Origin: Silvanigrellaceae bacterium
Lineage (GTDB): Bacteria; Bdellovibrionota_B; Oligoflexia; Silvanigrellales; Silvanigrellaceae
Reading direction: 5' to 3'
NCBI GenBank assembly: GCA_049423385.1
Contig: JBMSQQ010000025.1
Span: 1-39,554, forward strand
Length of the DNA: 39,554 bases
Shown: in pieces, positions 19,768-26,285 of the stretch
How positions within the stretch are numbered: position 1 is the first letter of the stretch
Layout of the letters: each line of letters starts with the position of its first letter
The notes under the pieces: model-generated
Databases searched by the model: none
Told to the model about the DNA's origin: nothing
Seen by the model: the letters and a program-made list of their open reading frames with translations, nothing else
Program-made: the position numbers and the translations under genes

Positions 19768-21080
19768 TGTTATCCTTGAACAACAGTGGCAACATCATGG
19801 ACTCACTCGGCCCGAAGCACTTCCTGCTGATGGTCTTGGCAGGCGTTGCCATCTCGGCCACTGTCTATTTGTTGCGACAGAAGGAAGGCGGAAACGAAAA
19901 GTTCAATTCGAAGGCCAATCGTCTCAAAACCCCTGGAATGCCCAGGGGCGCAACCTTGGGAACCCTCCCGAGTCAAAAGACGGGTGGCCAGAGAAGCCTC
20001 GACGAAATAAATCTTTCGCCAGAAGCCCAGATCAAGCGCGCAGAGGCTCAAAAGCTCGTCCGGAATGGAAATTTGGCTGACGCCGCATTGATTCTCGAAC
20101 AAATCAGCTTGCAACGCGAGGCTATTGATCTTCTCGAATCAAATGGACTGCTGGACGATGCAGCTGCAATGCTCATGCGAATGAATCGCCCCAACCGCGC
20201 GGGAGTGATTTATGAGCGCAACAAGAAGTTTGAACATGCCGCAATCTATTTTCTGAAGGCCAAACTGGTTGACGATGCAAAGCGGTGCTGCCGGCAAATC
20301 AAAAACTTTACGCTTGCCCTTTCCATTGAGCTTGCAGTCCTGTTTGCGGAGGCGGGCGACAACAAATCCGCGATTCGCTTGCTGGCAGACATCAATGACC
20401 GGACACGTATTCTCAAGATTGTCAGGGAAAAGTTCGCATACAGCGATCTTGCTGAATTTCTCGATTATCCTGCAGCTCGTCAGCTCATGTTGAGCACACT
20501 GATTGTCACCGATGTGGAACACATGCTCCAGAACATGCCCTCGGATTCGAATTCACCGCTCAACCGGGCTCTGCTGTGGTTGAATGAAAGCAAAAAAACT
20601 GAATGGATCACGCCCATCTTCAAGTTTATCGGAGACAACCGCGGGGTTGGATCAAAATTCATTGAGAAGGTCGACCCTCAGGTTTGCGATTCATACGGTG
20701 ACCTTGTGATGAAGTTCGACAATCGAGATTTCGAAATGCATCGGCAAACCATCGAATGGGTCGCCCGCAGTTTTCATGATGCCATGGCCATGCGTCCCGC
20801 CGGCATGATATATGAAAGACTTGGCAATGCGACGCTCGCAGGAAAGTGCTGGGCCATTGCCGGCAATTTTCAAAAAGCGCTCAACCAACTCAGCAGCGCG
20901 GAAGGTGACCTTGCACTCGCCGGACTCTTCCAACAGGAACTCAACAAACTTGGTCGCTACACAACTGATCAAAAACCGCTCAGCGAGCACGAGAGAGATG
21001 CTGTTTCCCGTCTCTTTTTCAACATCGACCCCGACACGGAAAAAAACAGGGCCAACAGTCCTTTCTCCATTGCTTCCTGA
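19767..21080 (+). CDS. Membrane-anchored alpha-solenoid (TPR/SNAP-like) repeat protein
   Basis: TGATG overlap with the upstream stop. N-terminal TM FLLMVLAGVAISATVYLL. 13-residue helical repeats. Confidence 0.7.
   Translation: MLSLNNSGNIMDSLGPKHFLLMVLAGVAISATVYLLRQKEGGNEKFNSKANRLKTPGMPRGATLGTLPSQKTGGQRSLDEINLSPEAQIKRAEAQKLVRNGNLADAALILEQISLQREAIDLLESNGLLDDAAAMLMRMNRPNRAGVIYERNKKFEHAAIYFLKAKLVDDAKRCCRQIKNFTLALSIELAVLFAEAGDNKSAIRLLADINDRTRILKIVREKFAYSDLAEFLDYPAARQLMLSTLIVTDVEHMLQNMPSDSNSPLNRALLWLNESKKTEWITPIFKFIGDNRGVGSKFIEKVDPQVCDSYGDLVMKFDNRDFEMHRQTIEWVARSFHDAMAMRPAGMIYERLGNATLAGKCWAIAGNFQKALNQLSSAEGDLALAGLFQQELNKLGRYTTDQKPLSEHERDAVSRLFFNIDPDTEKNRANSPFSIAS
20067..20300 (+). repeat. Six tandem 13-aa helical repeats (protein level)
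   Basis: GNLADAALILEQI / SLQREAIDLLESN / GLLDDAAAMLMRM / NRPNRAGVIYERN / KKFEHAAIYFLKA / KLVDDAKRCCRQI, with Ala fixed at position 6. Confidence 0.7.
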
Positions 21081-21137
21081 TCCACGCGCGGCGCTCAAAC
21101 AGTTTGAAGCGTTGTGCTGAAACTGGTTGGCGGTGGA

Positions 21138-22193
21138 TCAGCGGGAACGGGAATTTTTCGATTCTTTTTCTTTCCGCAGTTTATGGAGTGCGCTGCCGAG
21201 GTCTTTGATTCTCGGCACATCATCCGAGAACACCCGCCACGCGGACACGGGACTCGACTGAAAGTCCTGGGCATGCAGCGGCAGCAAGCCCCTCCTCTGC
21301 GCCAAAACGTCCCGCTTTTCATAGATGAATCGAATAAAATCCAGGGCTACTGCTTCATTCCGACAGTCAGAAACCAGACCAATGCCGATGCGTTCAAAAT
21401 AAGATCCCTGCACCGGAACTGTGAATGCGAGATTTTTGATATAACGCGAAGCGTGAATATAATCGGACTGCCAAGCAAGTCCCACCGCGATCTTTTTAGC
21501 CAAAAACGCCGGTATTGCAGAGGAAAGCGAATATGGGCGACCCTGCAGTTGCGCCTGGTTCAACCAGATGTTGACGTTCTGGGCATCATGCAATTGTTCC
21601 ACAGGAAATTTGAGTCCCGTGGCCACCGCTGCCGTCATCAAGTTCATGCGTTCATCGGAAAACAGGGCCAAGCGGGAACGCCACAATGGATTGGTCACAG
21701 GGTTCACCACCCAATCCCAGCTCACGGGACCCGATGCGATCAAAGACTTCCGGAGAAACATGATCCCCAAAGGATCAGCCATCAGATTCAAGTGTGTCCT
21801 GCCATCGGGATTGGCCCGGGCACGCCGTTCAAGCCCCGCGACATCTGCGGGAACACTGATCCCCTCTGGCAAGTTCTTGAGAATCTTGGCAAGGCTTAGA
21901 TTGACGAGGCGCTGCTCGTCCGCCACGACGAGGTCCCAATTGTGCGGCAGGGAGCGAATTTTCGATTCATAATCCAGAGCCGAAGTGACGAACTCAACCC
22001 TCACCGAGAGTTTTCGGGATGCCTCGAATTCCTGAACCAATGCGGCGTCAAGCCGCTGGGTTTGGGTCAAAATACTGAGTGACGCTTCTGCGTTCGCCAC
22101 AGTGGAACAAAAGCAGAGAGCGACAATAACACCGCGGTTGATTTGATCTCGCAGATCTGTTGTGGCAAGACCTAGCCGTTTGACAAGCCTCAT
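21138..22193 (-). CDS. Orphan ABC substrate-binding protein, PotD/PotF-like (divergent)
   Basis: Patterns LVQEFEASRKLSVRVE, WDLVV, PVSWDWVVNP, VPVQGS and NEAVALDFIRFI parallel PotD. Start uncertain (22193 or 22220). Confidence 0.7.
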   Translation of the reverse strand: MRLVKRLGLATTDLRDQINRGVIVALCFCSTVANAEASLSILTQTQRLDAALVQEFEASRKLSVRVEFVTSALDYESKIRSLPHNWDLVVADEQRLVNLSLAKILKNLPEGISVPADVAGLERRARANPDGRTHLNLMADPLGIMFLRKSLIASGPVSWDWVVNPVTNPLWRSRLALFSDERMNLMTAAVATGLKFPVEQLHDAQNVNIWLNQAQLQGRPYSLSSAIPAFLAKKIAVGLAWQSDYIHASRYIKNLAFTVPVQGSYFERIGIGLVSDCRNEAVALDFIRFIYEKRDVLAQRRGLLPLHAQDFQSSPVSAWRVFSDDVPRIKDLGSALHKLRKEKESKNSRSR

Positions 22194-22218
22194 CCTTGCA
22201 GAGAGGAACAAAGTCTTC

Positions 22219-23271
22219 ATGAGTAAGATCCGTTTCGTAGATACCGATGACCTTGGGAGCGATCCATTCGCATCCGAGAACCATGTAACCACAGAATTTG
22301 AAAAGTTGCTTGAGTCGGAATCCACTTCTGCCTCATTGAAGCGCTACCGACCCGGCGAGTCGATCACCGGAACGGTCCTCCGTTGCAGTGCCGAGTTTGT
22401 TTTTGTTGACCTTGGCGGCAAGAGCACCGCGACTTTGGCACTCGAAGAATTCACCACCGCGGGTCTGACTCCACCGGCAGCTGGCGAAGATATTCAGGCT
22501 TTCATTCGCAAGGACAACGGCTCCGAGATTATCTTGACACGTTCCCTTCGCCGCGGAGAGCAGGACGACGGCATGCTGCGCAATGCGCACGAAACCCGAC
22601 TTCCTGTCGAAGCCAAGGTCGAAAAGGTGGTCAAGGGCGGATTCGAGGCGTCTCTCTCGGGCAAACGTGCCTTTGTTCCCCTGAGCCAAATGGAAATCGG
22701 TCAGGTTGCGGATCCCGAGAGCTACATTGGTCAGGTCCTCAAATTCATCATCACCGAGTACAAGGCTGGCGGCAAAAATATTGTTTTGTCACGAAAGTCG
22801 ATTCTCAAGGACGAAAAAGATGCGCGCGCAGGCGAAATGCTGCGCACCCTCGAAGTCGGCCAGAAAATGGTCGCAACAATCACCCGACTGGCAGATTTTG
22901 GTGCGTTTGCAGACCTGGGTGGATTTGAAGGGCTTATCCCCATGTCTGAATTGGCATGGAAGCGCGTCGCCAAGGCTCAGGATGTGGTCAAGGTTGGTGA
23001 AACGGTGAACGTCAAGGTCATCCGCATTGAACACGCCCCTCGCCTTCGGGTCGCCCTGAGCCTCAAACAGGCCATGCCTGAAGAACTGGCCATGAAGCTC
23101 TCCGGCAAACATGGATCCACCGCTGGTGCACTGCAGGCCGAGGAACGCGACAACCAACAGGCCTGGGCATCATACAAAGACAAACAAAACCAGCCGGTTG
23201 CCAAAAACGACTCGAACGAAGGCGGGATTCTTGCGGCGGCCTTCGCAAGCGCCCGTAAAAGAAAGCAATAG
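22219..23271 (+). CDS. S1 RNA-binding domain protein; short (3-domain) ribosomal protein S1 paralog
   Basis: ATG 22219 after GAGAGGA. Three S1 repeats (VFVDLGGKS; KGGFEASLSGKRAFVPLSQ; DFGAFADLGGFEGLIPMSEL). Confidence 0.9.
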   Translation: MSKIRFVDTDDLGSDPFASENHVTTEFEKLLESESTSASLKRYRPGESITGTVLRCSAEFVFVDLGGKSTATLALEEFTTAGLTPPAAGEDIQAFIRKDNGSEIILTRSLRRGEQDDGMLRNAHETRLPVEAKVEKVVKGGFEASLSGKRAFVPLSQMEIGQVADPESYIGQVLKFIITEYKAGGKNIVLSRKSILKDEKDARAGEMLRTLEVGQKMVATITRLADFGAFADLGGFEGLIPMSELAWKRVAKAQDVVKVGETVNVKVIRIEHAPRLRVALSLKQAMPEELAMKLSGKHGSTAGALQAEERDNQQAWASYKDKQNQPVAKNDSNEGGILAAAFASARKRKQ

Positions 23272-23340
23272 TCGAGCTGTACAGACCCTGCCTCCTGTGT
23301 TAACTGCGCGGCAGTGCAGGGCCGAGGCGATCCGCTTCTG

Positions 23341-23368
23341 ACGCACCACGGTGGTGCGTTTTTTTTTT
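23341..23368 (+). terminator. Terminator-like hairpin with 10-T run between the S1 paralog and rpsA
   Basis: acgcacca-cgg-tggtgcgt followed by a T run at 23359-23368. Confidence 0.75.
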
Positions 23369-23409
23369 GCAACGGCGCAATCGATCCTGTTCAGAGAGGT
23401 ATTCACATC

Positions 23410-25185
23410 ATGGCAACAGTTCACTCCGATTCCACCAAGCGCAAAGGCAGTTATTCGAGTCTTGAATGGCTCGACGAAGATGTCGATTTTGCAAATCCAG
23501 AAGCATCTGAGAAAGAAGCCTTTGCAGCGCTTTTCGGCGAAAGCACAACCGGCTCCAACATCAAGGAAGGCCAGGTTGTCAAAGGCAAGGTGATGGAAAT
23601 TCTCGACGACAGCGTTGTTGTCGACATCGGTCACAAGTCTGCTGGCGCCGTGCCAAAGAGTGAATTCGCAACCGACGGTGTGTTCTCTCTGAAAGTTGGC
23701 GACATTGTCGACGTCTTCGTTGACGTGTTCGAAGACGATGATGGTGAGTTGGTTCTCTCGAAAGACAAAGCTGACCTCCTCAAAGCTTGGGACCGCATTT
23801 CTGAAGCATTCGAAAAAGACGAATTGGTCGAAGGCCGCATCGTTGGCCGCGTCAAGGGCGGGTTGTCTGTGGACATCGGCGTCAAGGCGTTCCTCCCCGG
23901 TTCGCAAGTTGATCTGCGTCCTGTCCGCAACCTCGAAAAACTTCTTGGACAGGTTCTCCAGTTCAAGATCATCAAGTTCAACAAGAAGCGCGGCAACATC
24001 GTTCTGTCTCGCCGAGTTCTCCTCGAGCAGGATCGCGAGCGCCTGCGCAGCGAAACCCTCAAGAGCCTCGAAGCTGGCAGCGTCATGGCCGGTATCGTCA
24101 AGAACATCACCGACTACGGTGCGTTCATTGACCTCGGCGGAATCGACGGCCTCCTGCACATCACGGACATGTCTTGGGGACGCCTCAACAGTCCTGCTGA
24201 AGTGCTCAACGTCGGCGACGAAATCCAGGTCAAGGTTCTCAGCTACGACGCAGGAACCCACCGCGTTTCTCTCGGCCTCAAGCAACTCCAGTCTGATCCA
24301 TGGGTCAAGGTTGCTGAGCGTTACAACCCCAACCAGCGTTTGAAGGGCAAGGTTGTCAGCCTGACCGACTACGGCGCATTTGTTGAGCTCGAGCCTGGCG
24401 TTGAAGGCCTCATCCACGTCACTGAAATGACCTGGAACCGCCGCGTCAAGCATCCTTCGAAACTCGTTGCCATCGGCGACGAAGTTGAAGTCGTGGTACT
24501 TGCTGTTGACCTCGAAAACCACCGCATCTCGCTCGGCATGAAGCAAACCGAACCCAATCCTTGGGAACTCGTTCTCGAGAAATACCAGGTGGGCGACGTC
24601 ATCCGTGGCAAGATCCGCAACATCACCGACTTCGGTGTGTTTGTTGGAATTGAAGAAGGCGTTGACGGCTTGATTCACGTTTCCGACATCTCGTGGACCG
24701 AGCGCATCAAGCACCCACAAGACCTGTACAAGAAGGGTGATGAAGTCGAAGCCAAGGTTCTCCAAATCGACGTGGAAAACATGCGCTTCTCGCTTGGCAT
24801 CAAGCAACTTCAGGAAGACCCCTACGAAGCAGCTTCGCGCGTTTTCGTTCCTGGCACACGTGCCAAGGGCAAAGTCACCCGCAATGCAGAATTCGGTTCG
24901 TTTGTTGAGTTGTCGCCCGGTGTGGAAGGACTCATTCACGTCTCCGAGCTCGATATGGAACCTGGAAAGCTTCCTGACATCGACACGGAACTCGAGTTCA
25001 TCGTCCTGCGCGTCGACCTGACTGAGCGTCGTTTTGAACTTTCGCACAAGGCTGCAACCCGCGGTCTCGACGAAACCCACAACCGCGCCATCCAGGCAGC
25101 AAGTGCAACACCTGCAGCCACTGGCTTTGCAGAAGCATTTGCCCGTGCGAAGAACCGCACAACAAAAGAACGCACTGAGGAATAA
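23410..25185 (+). CDS. rpsA: 30S ribosomal protein S1
   Basis: Six S1 domains (AFLPGSQVD, ITDYGAFIDLGGIDGLLHITDMSW, YGAFVELEPGVEGLIHVTEM etc.). SD GAGAGGT. Strongly biased codon usage. Confidence 0.97.
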   Translation: MATVHSDSTKRKGSYSSLEWLDEDVDFANPEASEKEAFAALFGESTTGSNIKEGQVVKGKVMEILDDSVVVDIGHKSAGAVPKSEFATDGVFSLKVGDIVDVFVDVFEDDDGELVLSKDKADLLKAWDRISEAFEKDELVEGRIVGRVKGGLSVDIGVKAFLPGSQVDLRPVRNLEKLLGQVLQFKIIKFNKKRGNIVLSRRVLLEQDRERLRSETLKSLEAGSVMAGIVKNITDYGAFIDLGGIDGLLHITDMSWGRLNSPAEVLNVGDEIQVKVLSYDAGTHRVSLGLKQLQSDPWVKVAERYNPNQRLKGKVVSLTDYGAFVELEPGVEGLIHVTEMTWNRRVKHPSKLVAIGDEVEVVVLAVDLENHRISLGMKQTEPNPWELVLEKYQVGDVIRGKIRNITDFGVFVGIEEGVDGLIHVSDISWTERIKHPQDLYKKGDEVEAKVLQIDVENMRFSLGIKQLQEDPYEAASRVFVPGTRAKGKVTRNAEFGSFVELSPGVEGLIHVSELDMEPGKLPDIDTELEFIVLRVDLTERRFELSHKAATRGLDETHNRAIQAASATPAATGFAEAFARAKNRTTKERTEE

Positions 25186-25190
25186 TTCCC

Positions 25191-26219
25191 ATGTACAAAG
25201 ACCCTGACTCTCGTGAAAAGCGCTGGTCGGGTGGAGTACTGTTCTTGGCCGCGATTGGAGCTTTGGCTCTTCTCGCGGCCTTGGCATTTCTTGCACTCGG
25301 CATCGCTGCAATGAAGTTTTTCTCACCCTCGGGCAGCGTCGCGTCAGACGAACACAGATATTTGGAACACCGAACATTCACGAACGGTCTTGCAGAAATC
25401 AAGCTGGACAGTCCGATTGACTCGGACGTTGCAAACATCGTGGTTGCAAAGCTGAAGGAAGCCTCGGAAGACAAACGCATCAAGGGAGTGCTTCTGGAAA
25501 TCAACAGCCCAGGCGGTTCGGTGGTTGCAAGCCAGGAGATCCACGACACCATCAAACGCATCAAGGAAAAAACTCCGGTGGTCGCCTACATGCGCGAAGT
25601 TGCTGCCAGTGGAGCATATTATTCCGCGGTGCCTTCGTCCTGGATTGTCGCCAACCGAGGAACCATGGTGGGCAGCATTGGTGTGATCATGTCGAGCATC
25701 GAAGCGACACAGCTGATCGAGTGGTTGAAACTAAAGCCGGTGACACTCAAAACCGGACGCCTGAAAGACACGGGCTCGCCGATGAGAAGCTGGACTGTCG
25801 AGGACAAAGCCTATCTGCAGGCATTGATCGACAGCACCCGCGACCAGTTCGTCTCGGATGTGCGTGCGGCCCGTCCCAAAATCACACCCGAGAGTCTCCG
25901 TCACATGAGTGATGGCCGGGTCGTCCTGGGAACAGAGGCATTCAGCCGTCAGCTGGTCGACAGTCTCGGTGGACGACCGGATGCGATTGCCAAAGCGGCA
26001 GAGTTTGCCGGGCTCAACACCGGTGCCGATACGCCAGTCATTCCGATGGAAGAACCCGAAATCCGCAGCCTTCTTGCCGAAGTGTTGAGGGGTTCGATGA
26101 CTTCGCTTGCAACTCTGGTTGTTCAGGAATTCAAACAGCAGCGTCAATCCTTCAGCCTCCCTCTCCTGTCGAGCCCTCGTCTCAATCTGAATTCTTCCGA
26201 AACTCCATCGAACCCATGA
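25191..26219 (+). CDS. sppA: Signal peptide peptidase SppA (S49, short type)
   Basis: N-terminal TM. INSPGGSV, AASGAYY (catalytic Ser), GSIGV, KTGRLKD (catalytic Lys). Follows rpsA by 5 nt. Confidence 0.93.
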   Translation: MYKDPDSREKRWSGGVLFLAAIGALALLAALAFLALGIAAMKFFSPSGSVASDEHRYLEHRTFTNGLAEIKLDSPIDSDVANIVVAKLKEASEDKRIKGVLLEINSPGGSVVASQEIHDTIKRIKEKTPVVAYMREVAASGAYYSAVPSSWIVANRGTMVGSIGVIMSSIEATQLIEWLKLKPVTLKTGRLKDTGSPMRSWTVEDKAYLQALIDSTRDQFVSDVRAARPKITPESLRHMSDGRVVLGTEAFSRQLVDSLGGRPDAIAKAAEFAGLNTGADTPVIPMEEPEIRSLLAEVLRGSMTSLATLVVQEFKQQRQSFSLPLLSSPRLNLNSSETPSNP

Positions 26220-26285
26220 AGGATTGAAACGCCACCACGCGATTCGGTCCTCATGTTGAGCATGAAGACAAGGGAGCGATGGAAC

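Noticed and set aside
23170..25377. 735-aa antisense ORF over rpsA
   Set aside because: Mirror frame of a gene with strongly biased codon usage, which depletes antisense stops. No RBS and no recognisable domain.
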